In this document: in pieces, positions 39,931-53,019 of the stretch
Numbering within the stretch: the first letter of the stretch is position 1
How the letters are laid out: the number at the start of each line of letters is the position of its first letter
Made by a program: the position numbers and the translations under genes
Notes under the pieces: generated by a model
The model's input: the letters and a program-made list of their open reading frames with translations, nothing else
Told to the model about the DNA's origin: nothing
Databases searched by the model: none
Source: Geosiphon pyriformis uo1
Lineage: Eukaryota > Fungi > Glomeromycota
Assembly: GCA_016748015.1 (NCBI GenBank)
Contig: JAAOMT010000602.1
Location: forward strand, 881,696 to 945,695
Direction: 5' to 3'
Length of the DNA: 64,000 nucleotides

Positions 39931-40921
39931 TATTACCAGAGGTTTTTGGTCTCTTTTCTTGAATGTTGTAACTGTCTGTTGGTTGCAAATTCACGTTTTC
40001 TAGAAGTAGTTGAATCTCCAATAACTGAATTTATCTTCAAATTATCTCCTATAATTTGAACTGCTGGGCTTATAAGTGGAATGGCCAATTTCTTGCCAGT
40101 TACTTTATGTAGTTACATTGTAGTAAACGTCAACTCTTTTTCAGGAATTGCTCATCTGGAAGCTCACTAAAAATGTGTAGTTACTTTGCTGTGAAAGTCA
40201 ACTCTTCTACAGAAATCTCGTCTGTAGATTACCCTAATGATTATAATAAGAAAACAAAAAAAAAATAAAAGAAATGTAAAAGAAATAGAATTCTGTCAAG
40301 GGAAACATTTTCTATTCAGGCCTGGAGTCACTAACAGTTTTACTGAAATTGGTAGCTAATCAATTTCGAAATGTTAGTTGGGTTTTGGGGATTTTCCAAG
40401 TACAATAATTAAAGAATTTGGTTTTTTGAATTATTTAATATTTATTTCTTTTTGTGTATAGGAATAGTTTTAAAAGATAAATCTAAAGTAAGATATATTT
40501 TCCAGAAGAAAAAAGCTCTTCTTTTATACAACTTGTTGTAATACTAGTCTATGAACTTGTACTTTTTCTCTTTGCTCAAATTTTGGCGAACTAAAGATAC
40601 ATTTTGATGAACTACAAGTTATTTTGCTGAACTATTGATTAATTTGGGTAAACTATTCATAATTTCGGCGAATTTCTTATAAATTTCGGCGAATTTCTGT
40701 AAATTTCGGCGAATTTTTGAATGTTACAAAGTTCAGGGTATTGTGTAATTTGATCATCCTACTTTCTGTTATACTAATTAGATTATTTTAATTGAATCAT
40801 AATATGTGATAATTGATTAAATAATAAATGATAATTTGAAATGATATTAATATACTAATGAATTATAGGAATTATAAGGGTAATTTTATGCTAATTAATA
40901 GCTAAAATTCTACTATTAACA
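39931..40921 (-). repeat. B3 3' LTR
   Basis: Repeat of 48061-49030 with one extra ~21-bp tandem unit. Confidence 0.95.
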
Positions 40922-41609
40922 TAATCTCCTCCTCAAGACTGAGCTCTGTCAAAGTCCAAGCACTATCTGTAATATTGAGATAGTGATCTAAAATAATTGA
41001 AGTAATCTCTTCTGAAAATTGTTGAAATTTCAGTTCTGTGAGTTTGCCAATGTATTGGACTTTCATTAGTTGCAGTATTAGATTTTGTAGAACATTTTCA
41101 CAAGTATTAAACAAGTCATAGAGTCTAAGAGCTGCTCTAAGTTTGTAGCAAATGTTTGTTGGTCCCACTGCTGTTTTGAATTCATTGTGGATTTGTTTTT
41201 GTATAACTTCAAGAGTGAGATTTGTTGCTTCAAGTTCCAGTTTTCGTTCATAAAGTGTTTTTCCAATTTGAAAGTATTTATAGATAGGGGTGTGTTCATT
41301 GTTCTGTTCATTAAGTAATAGTAGAAGTTTATGTTGCATTGTAACATTTGGTGGAATGTCAATAGGGGTAATTAAAAGATTTTCTTCTAGTGCCTGCTTC
41401 AAAAGTCTTGGTAATCTATTCTCAAAGTGACTTCTTGTTTTTCTTCTATAGGGGTGATAGTTCTGTAAATGATTTGCTACTGGGGCTGTGGTTTTTTTCT
41501 GAATGTAATTAATTTGACTTCCATTGATCGTTATAGATAAGTCAGGGAGTGTTTTCAAGGCTAACATTAATTTTTGGGATATTTGTTGAATATTTTGGAA
41601 AATAATCAT
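40902..41609 (-). CDS. B3 extra ORF3, intact 235 aa, unknown function
   Basis: Open ATG-to-stop frame; homologues at the same position in B1, B2, A1 and A2. Confidence 0.8.
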   Translation of the reverse strand: MIIFQNIQQISQKLMLALKTLPDLSITINGSQINYIQKKTTAPVANHLQNYHPYRRKTRSHFENRLPRLLKQALEENLLITPIDIPPNVTMQHKLLLLLNEQNNEHTPIYKYFQIGKTLYERKLELEATNLTLEVIQKQIHNEFKTAVGPTNICYKLRAALRLYDLFNTCENVLQNLILQLMKVQYIGKLTELKFQQFSEEITSIILDHYLNITDSAWTLTELSLEEEIMLIVEF

Positions 41610-41751
41610 GATAAAATTGACTAATTATGAAAAGAGAGAATAAAGAAAATTATTTTTGGATATGGGGTTTTTATTTGTTTTTGGGTTTGAGTGTTTTGTA
41701 ATTATTTACTATTTTTGTCTTTGTGTTTTTATTAGAGAATTATTGTAAAAT

Positions 41752-43137
41752 TTAAGTGTTTAAGTTTGGTTGTTGTTCTATTATAATTATTGGTTCTAAA
41801 TTTCGGGGAATATCTTCAAGATTAATTAAAAGGGAATGTGTACCAATTTGTGGAATTAATGGTTCAGAATTGTTTCTGGAATGATAGTGTTTCAATTTGT
41901 CTCCATATGCAACTTTTGCTAATATTTTGTCATCAAGTCTTAACTTATATGATCCATTGCCTAGAATTTTGTGAATATAAAATGGTTCATCCCATTTGTT
42001 TTCAAATTTCTCACTCCATTGTTTTTCAGCCTTAGTTCTGTATAAGAGAACTTTATTTCCAACTTTAAATTCGTTGGTAATAGGTGGTAATTTATTGTTA
42101 TGTCTTTTTTTTTGTTGAGCTTGAAAATGTTCAATATGAGTTGCTGCTATTCTTCTTTTTCCTTCCAGTGTACTAAGAAGAGTGTAGGCTCTTTTTTGGA
42201 GTGTTTCTTGAAAGTTTTCTTTATTAATTGGTTGCACAGGGTATGTTTCTACTGTGAAATTAATTGGTAATGTTGCTGTCCTTCCATAAGTTAAATCAAA
42301 TGGTGTGTGTTTTGTAGTATTTTGTTTTAGTGTTCTGTATGCTAGTAACACTAATGGAATAAAGATATTCCATTTCTGTTCAAAGTCTGTTAAGACTTTG
42401 GCTAGAGATTCACACAATGTTCTGTTGAAACGTTCTACAAGTTTATTTGTTTGAGGATAATAAGGTAATAATAGAGATCTTTTGACATTGAATTGTTCAC
42501 AAATTTCATGTATCAAGTTGTTCACAAAATGTGTTCTTTGATCAGATAAGAGTTCAATTGGGCATCTATGTCTACAAATAATGTCTTCATAGATGAAATT
42601 TGCTACTGATTTTGCATCTGCTCTTTGGATGGCTCTGGCTTCAGACCATTTGGTAAGATAATCCACTGCAACTGCAATATAATGATTTCCTTGGGTTGTG
42701 ATAGGTAATGGTCTGACTAAATTAATTCCAACTCTGTCAAAAGGTTGTCCAACTTTGATTGGATTTAGAGGTTCTGTGAGGTGGGTTTCTCCTCTTCTTT
42801 GACAATTATCACAAAATTCTATATATTGTCAAATGTTTTTTTACATGTGGGGCCAAAAATAATGTTCAAGGGTTCTTTAAATTGTTCTTTCTTTTCCCAA
42901 ATGTGCTGAAGATGGGTCTGTGTACATGTTGTATAAAATTGTTTTTTTTTCATTCTCTTGTACTAATCTGAGTGGCTGGTTTGGTTTTCTGTGATTTTTA
43001 TAATAGATTTTGTTCTGGTGTATAAAATATTGTTTTGATTGGTGTTGTAAGTGGTGTTTTTCACTTGGAGACCAGTTTTTTGGCATAGTAAGAGTCTCCA
43101 AATAATTTTTAAGATTGCTGTAGCTTCTGAGATCCAT
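41752..43137 (-). pseudogene. B3 integrase
   Basis: ORFs 42877-43137 and 41752-42666: DYLTKW.E, SDQ.THF, VERFNRTL, TPFDLTYG, KWDEPFY. Confidence 0.93.
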
Positions 43138-43194
43138 TCTTGTTTGGTTATTTTGTTGGTAAGTTGGTAAGTTGTGATGGAATTGTTGTTGGTA

Positions 43195-46100
43195 TTAATC
43201 TTGTCTCATTCTTGAGAGGCTATCAACATTAGTATGTAGTTTTCCTGGTTTGTGGTGTACAATATATCTGTAGTCTGCTAAGAAGTCATTCCATCGAAAC
43301 TGTTTAGCACTTTGTTTAGTTTTCTTTTTATTGAGCCATTTGTGGCCAATGTTGTTCATTATTATGTCAAATTCTTTTCCATTCTTTAGATATTGTTGAA
43401 AATGTTTAAGAGCCCAAATAACTACAGCAGCTTCTAATTCAGTTGAGTCATATTTGAGTTCTGTTGGCTTGAGTGTTCTACTGGCATAGGCAATAACTTG
43501 TTCTTGGCTATTTTTATTCAATTGTGATAAGATGGCACCAAATGCTATGTGTGAGGCATCAGTGGCTAATTGGAATCGTTTGTTGAAGTCTGAATAAGCA
43601 AGAACTGGGGCTGTTGTCAATTTTGTTTTGAGAATTTCAAAAGCTTTTTGTTGTTCTTTAGTCCATTTGTATGGTACGTTTTTGTTGGTAAGATAATTGA
43701 GTGGTTTGGCAATTTCTGAGAATTCTTTTATGAATTTTTGATAGTAAGAGACTAATTCCACAAATCCTCTTAGTTCTGTAGTATTTCTGTCTCTTATACA
43801 CATCTGATTCGAGAGAGTTTTTCTTCTAACAAGTGGTAGTTTTCAGTAATGGGAATGATATTTGGATTTGGGAGTAGAGTGTGCTTTACAATTTCGATGA
43901 AATTAGAGACAATTTGAGGGTTTTCATCTTGAAAGATATTGCTGTATATGATTCCAATTTCTAATTTGTTTAATAAAACAATAGGGTAATTATTGGGATT
44001 GTAGAATATAACTCGAAATTTTTTCATTCTTTTGGAAATATAAACGTTTGGAATTGATATTTCATGCTTCAAACAGATTTGTTTATTGGATTCAAAGATT
44101 TGTTGTGTAGTGGTGGGTTTTGAGCAAGTGTAAATTTCATGATGTTTTCCAAAAGGTGAAATGGTAATTGGCTGAAGAAGTTAAAAAATCTGGTGAGATT
44201 CATTTTGTGTATTAAAAACTATGTTTACTGAGACTGTAAATCATCCAGTTGAACCAAAACCTTGAGTTCCTTTTTCACTTTTTCCCAATTGTTCTCTGTT
44301 GTTTACTGATTGTAAACCCGAAATGTTGATTAAGGGTAAGTAAATTGCTTGAGCAATTTTTTCAGCATGTTCAATTTTGAATAGTTTGTCTGTCTCATTC
44401 TGTAACATGATGGTAATGTCTCTAGTGTATCTTGCATCTATAACTCCTCCTCTAATATTGATTTCTTTGCTCGCCAATGATGATCTGGAAGCAATTTGAA
44501 CCATTGCTCTTGGTGGAATTTTGAGAACAATTTTGAGATTGATTTTTGTCAAAGACTTTGGTTGGAGAATCAAAGTATCTTTTTCTGGGTATCTTAGGTC
44601 ATATCCAGCATCAATTTCGTGTGCTTTTTCTGGTCTGATTCCTTGGCCATGGTTGTCAAAATATTTAAGTTGTAGAGGTGGTTGCTTTTCAAGAAAATAG
44701 ATGGGAGTGGTTGATAGTTCTTTTACTATTTCAGATACTCCAAATTCGATTTCATTTTCATCATTCTCATTTGACAGAGGAATGCTAAGAGCATAACATT
44801 CTAAACACTATTGGTCATCACAAGGCATAACACATTCTTCACACAATTGAATGTTTATTGGCTCTAATCATTGAACTTGAGCTTCTTTGGTCGGATATGT
44901 GTGGCTTGCAATTTGGTGGTAGGTTTCTACTTCATCTTCATAATCAAATCCAGCTAATTCTATGGTATACTCAATATATTCAGCTTCTTTCATTTGGCAG
45001 ACATCTTTTTGGGTGGCTCCATTGATCAATGCCATTGCTAAGTCAAAAATCATTTCAGCATCATGAGGGTAGTGGTAAAGTTTATTGAAAGCACTGTTGT
45101 ATGCTGTATCAAATAGTGTTCCTCTTCTGACTTTTTCCGAAATTGATAGAGCATATTGACAGATTTGATCACATACTCCTTTTTTTATTGCTACATTAAT
45201 TCAATTGCATTCTTCTGGTAGCATTTCTCCACATGTAAGGCAAGATGTGTTGTCTTATTTTCCACTTCTTTTTAGAGATCCAAATTGTTCTCTATGGCAT
45301 GCTTTGCAAAAGTAACAGATACAAGTTTCATATTCCTCTTCTGGAGAAATACATGCTCCCATTGATGAAAGTTTTTTGTTGCAATCTTTGTATTTGAGTG
45401 GAATATACGATGGTTGTTTCCATGGTTCTGGTGTAGAATATCTAACTTTCTTCCATCCCCTTGATTCTTCAAAAATCTCTTGTTTGGTTTTTTCAGCCCA
45501 ATTGGATGTTGATTCAAGAGCCATGTAGGTTTCAGTAAGTGGCATTTCTTTTTCCTCTTCAAATTCAAATACTGGAGCTTTTTCTGATTGTTTGTTAAAG
45601 GTATTACAGGTTGCAGGTACTATGGTATATTGTCCTTGGTATGAGATTTAAGTTCTTGAGTTTCCCAGTTCAGGTTTGCATTGGCCTTGAGAAGCCAATT
45701 ATTTCTGACTAGAGCTTGGTATTGGGGTGCATCCATAACAAGAACTTTAACTGGAATGGTGATTCCATCAATTGAAAAAGAGAAATCATTAATTTTTCCT
45801 ACTGGAGTCTTCTTCATACCATCAGCTGTGACAATAATTGTTTGAGCTGGTCTGTCTACATTTCGTTTGAGTTGTTGCATCAGCTGGTAAGTGATGATAC
45901 TTCCAGCTGATCCACTATTTAAGATTAAGAGAATGAGTTTTCCTTCCACTGTAGTTTCTGTGTACATGGCAGTAATTGCTTTCTGTTTATTGACTGCTGC
46001 ATTACTAAGCAGAAATGGTGATTCATTTGCTTCAAATTCAAATGGAAATATATCTGACAGATTAGCATTTTGGGCAATTTAAGCTGGTAGAATGGTGTGG

Positions 46101-48015
46101 TTAGAAGGGTTTGATCTTAGCGCTGCAACTTCATCTTCAGAAATGCAGTTTGTTGAAAATCCGATTTCTCTGGTATTGTAAGATAACTGGGTTGAGTATG
46201 ATAGTGATTGGGTCTTTGCTGACCCAAATTTCGAGGAACCAACTGGTTATTTGGATTGATTCTGTTGTGGTTATTTTGCAATTAATTTTGGGATGTGAAT
46301 TGGTTATGTTAAACCAATCTTTTTGCTGGTACTTGATATTGTTGAGTGGGTGGTATCTGATATGGCTGAATTGGTAAAGGTTGCTAATATTGTTGCTGCA
46401 TTAATTGTGGAGCTGGTGGGTAGTAGTTTTGATTTTGTGGTCTTGGTGAATAATAGGTTGGTGGTAAAGATTGGTAATAGGATTGTTGTGATGAAAAGTA
46501 ACGTTAATTACTCCTGTTTTGTTGGTCTTTTTGCAATTTCCTACAATCTCGTTTTTAGTGTCCTGGAATTCCACAATAATGACAATTTTGAGATTGGTTG
46601 TTGGATGGTAATCCAAAATTGTTTTGGTTGTGTCATTGTGGGGGTTGATATCTTTGTGGTTGTTGCTGCTGTTGTTATTGGTTTGTAAAATAGCTTTCAA
46701 CTTTCTTTGTGAGTTGGTCTATCTTTTTTTCAGCTGCTAAGCTGGTTTCTCCAATTGCAAAATTTACAAGCTTGGTGTGATTTGCTTTTTCCATTGCCAT
46801 TTCATAGCTCTTTGCATGTCTAATAGCAGTTGCTAAGTCTGCTAGAGCATGTGAATGAACTTTCTTAATCAGTTTGTCTTTTAATTTTGCTATAAACTGA
46901 TCCAGAATTTGAGCATCAGAATAGTAGTTATTGGTTTCCAATTGTCAGATTTGTTTGAGAAGTTTGTTAAATCTTCCAAGATAGGTCATAACAGATTCAG
47001 ATGTTTCTTGTTTGATATTGTGAAAGTGGTTTCTAAGAGTGATAGAGGTATTGTTGTTGGTGAATTGTTGTAGAAAAGCATCTTTGAATGCTTGTCAGTT
47101 TTCAAATGGTTCTTCTAAATTTTCAAACCATTTTCCTGCTGTTCCTTGGAGAAAGTAGGAAATTGCTTTAAGCATTCTCGCTGCAATCCAACCATTTGTG
47201 TCTCCTGCTTTTTGAATCTTGTCAAGCCATTCTTGAAGACTGGTATCATTGTCTTTACTAGTAAATTCTGGGATTTTTGCAATGTAAGCAGTTGTCATTT
47301 CTTTTTTGTTTTCTGTAATTTCTTCTGGTTCTGATTCAGTTTCTTTACTTTCCAAGCTTTCTGAGTGATTACTTTCGTTTTCCTGTAAGTAATCAATGAT
47401 ATTGGCACTTGTTGATATTGGTTTCTGCTGTTGAGTAGGATTTCTAGGTAACTGAAAATCTTCTGGTCTGGAGAAACGGCTAAGTGGTAAACTTGGTGTT
47501 TGTGGTTAAACAAGTGAAATTGGAAATGGTGTAATAGAAAGTGGTAATTTGACACTGGTTCCTTGTTCAGGTGTTTGCAAGTGTTTGGCAGTTGTCTTTT
47601 GTAGTGTTGGAGTGTTTGGAATGGTTCTTGAGTATTGCTTCAATTTTTGTTTGCCTTTGTTGCTTGTTTCTGTCTCTGATTTAAAATTAAAAAAATATTT
47701 GGGCTGTATTGGGTATTTTTCTTCACAATACTCAATAATGTTAAAATTAAGTTCTTGGAAGTAGGTATCAAGTGTTTCACTGTTCAGGTCTTCTGTTCTC
47801 AATTGTGAATAGTGCACTAAATTATTGTAGAGGTTGCTTCTAACTTCTGAAATGTTGTAGTTTCCAAAAAGATAATTGTTGATGTGGTTTTCAATGTAAT
47901 AGTATACTGATTTCTTTACAACTTCAATTCTGTCTGGAATGTTAAATCTTTGCTTGCAGTGGGTGTAAATTAACTTATAATACTCTAGAGTTGCTGTGTC
48001 TGGTGTGGTCACCAC
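43195..48015 (-). pseudogene. B3 Gag-PR-Cys-rich-dUTPase-(RT core missing)-RNaseH
   Basis: ORFs 47506-48015, 45620-45967 (protease), 44241-44573 (dUTPase), 43195-43803 (RNase H ATDAS..ELE); ~820 bp of RT absent at 43787-43805. Confidence 0.92.
43787..43805 (+). other. Tn5/Nextera 19-bp mosaic end (adapter), probable assembly artefact
   Basis: Exact CTGTCTCTTATACACATCT at the point where B3 lacks RT; yields the MCIRDR ORF start. Confidence 0.95.
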
Positions 48016-48060
48016 TTTGAATTTGTTGTTGCTGTGTTATTTCCATAGAAGAGCACCAAA

Positions 48061-49030
48061 TGTTACTGGAGGTTTTTGGTCTTTTTTCTTGAATGTTGTA
48101 ACTGTTTGTTGGTTGCAAATTCACGTTTTCTAGAAGTAGTTGAACCTCCAATAACTGAATTTATCTTCAAATTATCTTCTATAATTTGAACTGCTGGGCT
48201 TATAAGTGGAATGGCTAATTTCTTGCCAGTTACTTTATGTAGTTACATTGTAGTAAATGTCAACTCTTTCCCAGGAATTGTTTGTCTGGAAGCTCACTAA
48301 AAATGTGTAGTTACTTTGCTGTGAAAGTCAACTCTTCTACAGGAATCTTGTCTGTAGACTACTCTAATGATTGTAATAAGAAAACAAAAGAAAAATAAAA
48401 AAAATGTAAAAAAAATAGAATTCTGTCAAGGGAAACGTTTTCTATTCAGGCCTGGAGTCACTAACAGTTTTACTGAAATTGGTAGCTAATCAATTTCGAA
48501 ATGTTAGTTGGGTTTTGGAAATTTTCCAAGTACAATAATTAAAGAATTTGGTTTTTCAAATTATTTAATATTTATTTCTTTTTGTGTATAGGAATAGTTT
48601 TAAAAGATAAATCTAAAGTAAGATACATTTTCCAGAAGAGAAAAGCTCTTTTTTTATACAACTTGTTGTAGTACTAGTCTATGAACTTGCACTTTTTCTC
48701 TTTGCTCAAATTTTGGTGAACTAAAGATACATTTTGATGAACTACAAGTTATTTTGCTGAACTATTGATTAATTTGGGTGAACTAATTATAATTTCGGTG
48801 AATTTCTGTAAATTTCGGCGAATTTTTGAATGTTACAAAGTTCAGGGTATTGTGTAATTTGATCATCCTACTTTCTGTTATACTAATTAGATTATTTTAA
48901 TTGAATCATAATATGTGATAATTGATTAAATAATAAATGGTAATTTGAAATGATATTAATATACTAATGAATTATAGGAATTATAAGGGTAATTTTATGC
49001 TAATTGATAGCTAAAATTCTACTGGTAACA
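48061..49030 (-). repeat. B3 5' LTR
   Basis: TG...CA termini; followed on the minus strand by TTTGGTGCTCTT. Confidence 0.95.
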
Positions 49031-51040
49031 CCATAATCAGGAAATCAATATCAAAACTCTGATTGCCAATTCTAAACTCCAAATAACTATTAAAATCAAG
49101 ATTAATCTACTTACCAGTCCATGATGCAACAACCAATCTATTAACCACCAGTATATCAAATTCCAGTATATCAATTACAGGCCATCTATCAACCACAGTC
49201 ACCAACAATTTATCAGCAGTCCCAGTTAATCTATTAAACACCCCAAATTCAAATACTGCCACAAAACTTATCTTAAAATGGAACCCAAAGACTGAGAATG
49301 ACACAACAAAACTGAAAATTGATGATAGTAGTACATCAACCAATTTCCAGTTTATCAAATCAACCATTAGGATCATGCCAGCAGAGTTCAGGAGCTGGGT
49401 ATAACCAAAACCTGAGTTCTTAGAACTACTTAAGTCTTCTAGTCACCCCAGAAGATGCTGCATCCAGTGAACAAAAAACCAATCAGAAGCCACTTACCAG
49501 TAACATTCCACTAGCCACCAGCACTAAAAACAAATCACTTGTTGCCATATTCCCATTTGAACTTGAGGAAATCACATTAGTTCCATTATTCAGTAGAGCC
49601 ACTCTGGACACCAAACCAATAACCACAATGTATACTGATGCCAAAGTCAATGGTCAGTATATTAAACTGATTTTGGATAGTGAATCAGCTGGCAGCATTA
49701 TTACCAAACAACTCATGGATCAATTAGGTCACCGAGTTGACAGAGCTGCCAGTGCAAGGATTATCACAGCTAATAGAGCAACCAAAACTCCTATTGGTGA
49801 GATTGACAACTTTCCTTTCGAAGTTAATGGCATTACAGTCCTTATCAAAGTTTTGGTAATAGAAGCCACTCAATACCAAGCCTTAATTGGTAATAACTGG
49901 CTCACTAAAACAAATGCTATACTTGATTGGATGACTCAAGAACTAGCACTCAGCAAGAACAGTCAACACATGTGAGTACCAGCTATGTGTGGTCACTTCA
50001 AGATGACCACTACAACAACACCACTGATTGAGTTCAAGGAAAAAAAAGAAAAACCTATTTGGGAAGCCTACCAAGTATTGTGGGCCAATAAAGACCACAA
50101 CAAACTGCTGCCAATACTATTGTGGCACGACCAAGAGAAAAAAAAACAGAAAGAAATCAAACTTACCTGGAATACCAACAACAACTGGGAAATCAATGAA
50201 AACCAGAAGAAAATAAAAAATTGGGAGTGGGAAGAGAATAAAAATGGGAAAGGCAAAGGAAGAAAAGTCACCACCCACAGCCACCTATGCTCCATATACC
50301 CACTCATCACCACAACCAATCAACTATTATCAACCAAAGCTTGTATGCATTGATTGTGGCAAGAAACTGTCAACAATGGGCACATGCTGTGGTGATGATG
50401 AAGAATACTTAGCAGTAACTAAGTTCTATTGCTGCACATGCATCATAAAAAGGTTTGAACGACTGAAAAAACAAAAAAAATGGGATAATCAATCTTGTCT
50501 TGCTTGTGGAGAAACTTTTTTGGATGAAAAAATATGGAACAACATTCCCAAGTAAGGAGGAATATGTGACAAGTTATGTTAATACACAATCTTGATAAGT
50601 AACTGGGTTAGAAAAGAAACACCAATAGAAGCAGCCTGGAGAAGAGCAGTACAACAATTGAACAGTTGTCCACATGACAATGACAAAATTTGGAGAATGG
50701 CAAATAAAAAAATAGAAGGGACAACACCCAAAGAAATCAGAAAGATCAAAAACAACCTACTGGAACCTATGGAACTCAACTAGAACAAAGAACTAGTCAT
50801 AAATCTCCTAGAACCAGAGGAATTTCATGAACACTATCAAACTTTGGCATCCACAAGAGAAGAACAGGAAGAGCATTTAACACAGTTAAACACTCGACTA
50901 TGTGACCACTGTTTGATTTCATGTAACTTCCAATATTGTAATGAGTGTGACCTCATTTACAATCTACCACCACACATGATTTACATGATCTCAGAGGAAG
51001 AAAAACCAATCAGCAGCTGCACATTAGAATCAGAATCAAA
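49031..51040 (+). pseudogene. A2 Gag tail, protease and Cys-rich domain
   Basis: LILDS(G)SAGSII protease (49628); CIDC, CCTC, CLAC, CDHC and CNEC pairs (50244-50950). Confidence 0.88.
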
Positions 51041-51178
51041 AAAAAAACTTCTTTCTCTCCTTTGTCCCAAATTCCTGAAAAAGAGTCATAATTTGAAAGA
51101 AGTTTTTTCTGTTATTTCATACTGTCGTCCAACACTTTACAAGAAACAAATCCTTTTGTTGTTGATCTGGCTGCTCCC

Positions 51179-53019
51179 ATGAGTGATACTGGTGCTAAAA
51201 AAAGGTCGACCAGAGTTCCAACTTCTGGTTCAGTTGGTAGTGGTTCAAGTTATAAGATCAAGAAACCTCTCGGTGGTGCTAAGCTATCAAGTAATGGTGT
51301 GACTCTCAAAAGTAGTGGGTCTGGTCAAGTAGTCAGGCAGTTTAATAGCATGGATACTGATGGGGAGACTTTTGATGGTGAAGGAATATCTGATTCCAAG
51401 ATAAATACACTCCAAGCCAAGCATTTTATTAATAGTGCAATTATTGGCTCCCCCTTCGGCTCTATTAATTATGACATGGAAGAGGAAAAAGAGGTTTCTC
51501 TTCTTCCCCATAAGTCTTTCTTTTTGGATAAGGTGTGGATTGATCCCAAAATCATTAAAACTCAGATGGAAGTAGCTGTAAAAAAATCTTTTGCTTTGGA
51601 CATCAATCTTTTGGCTGTAGAAGGGAAATCGGCAACAGCCAAAACTCAGGTCATAAGAAAATTATTTTCAGGAATCAATGGTTTTGGGGGGGCCACTACT
51701 CCCTCAAAATTTGAAAAGATTATCAGATCAACGTTTACTTTGTCAGAAAGCATGGAAAAGGCCACATCATTGGCCAAAGAAAATAACATCATAGTAAACA
51801 GCAATCTTAAGAGACAAGGAATTTGCTCAGATCAGGCTGTAGTCATTAAGAAAATTCTATGAATATGCCAAAAAAAATGATTGTCGCTGCAGTATCCAAG
51901 TTTGGACAAATTAAGTCAATTAAAATCTAACTTATTGGTTTATGGCAGAAGGCTGTAGTAGAATTCGCCAAATTGAAACAGACTGTGTTTTTGGCTGCTA
52001 AGTGGTCTTTTCTAATTGGTAAAGACTCGGTTTGTGTGGCTATGGTGGTGGGTGATTATGAAACTTGGGCATCTAGAAATCAGTTCAGGGCGCTTTTGTT
52101 TACTTTGCCAATGGGAACAACTGTCCATGATCTCGGTAATCTATTGGATGGGACTGGTGGTAAAACTTGTATAATCAACTGTTCTTTGGAGACTGGAAAT
52201 AGATTTCGCTGTACTGTGGTTGGCTTTGTGTCTGACAAATTGTTGGAGTCTGCTTTTCACATGAAACCAATTCTTGGCAGTGTAAGGCTTTCTTGGGCTA
52301 GATTGGATCTGGTTCGGTACAAGCGGTGTGGAAAATTTGGCCACTCTGCTTTGGAGTGTGATGCTGAGGTCGCTTCTACTTCTGTGTCTTCCAAGTCTTT
52401 TAAAAGGGTTGTCTCTGATAAAAACCTTCTCCAGTTGGCCCATTTGTATGCGAAAAAAAGTGTGCCTATTTCTCATCTAGTTGCTTTTGGTGGCAAATTA
52501 TGGACTCAAGTAGTCTCTTTTGCACTCTTATTTAATAATCCTCACTTTGGTTTTGATCTTGGTTTTGATTTCTTTTCTTCTGGTGCTTCAGATGTGATTG
52601 GTTCCTCTCCTTATATGGTTCCTGCTAGTACATCTTTGGAGACTTGTCTTGCTTCTTTGAAGTGTTCTGTGGAGCTTCTTGTGGATAAAATATCTGGTAT
52701 TGTAAGCAAACTTGAAAATTTGGTCTTGGTGCCTCCAGCTCTTACCTCCTTTTCTCAGAATTTGGTGGTCCCAGTTGTGGCAAATATGGAAATTAATTCA
52801 GACATGGCTCTGGATGATTCTAAGCCAATACTTCTTTTCTTCTCTTTGGTTTCCTCTAGTACTTCAGAATTAGGTTCAAGTAGTTCAAAAATTTTGACCT
52901 TAAAAGTGGGCTGTTTAGAGTCAAAGTTGATGGCCCTCGAGGCTTTGGTTTGTTCAGCTTTGGAGAAGTTAGATCAGATGTGTACTGGCTTGGGTTCTGC
53001 AGTTTCTTCTTTATCTTAA
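51179..53019 (+). pseudogene. LINE4 ORF1
   Basis: ORFs 51179-51862 and 51973-53019; (C>Y)KRCGKFGHSALEC knuckle; C-terminal heptad-like LESKLMALE. Confidence 0.88.

Larger units (their letters stand above)
39931..49030 (-). mobile_element. Ty3/Gypsy family B copy B3, inserted antisense in A2 gag
   Basis: LTRs at 48061-49030 (5') and 39931-40921 (3'); TSD CCAT at 39927-39930 and 49031-49034; PBS at 48047-48058; PPT at 40925-40934. Confidence 0.96.

Noticed and set aside
40902-41609. ORF3 as an envelope gene
   Set aside because: No signal peptide, TM anchor or Cys pattern, and too short.
43787-43805. Genuine Tn5-like transposon footprint
   Set aside because: It is the synthetic mosaic end, single copy, with no transposase or 9-bp TSD.
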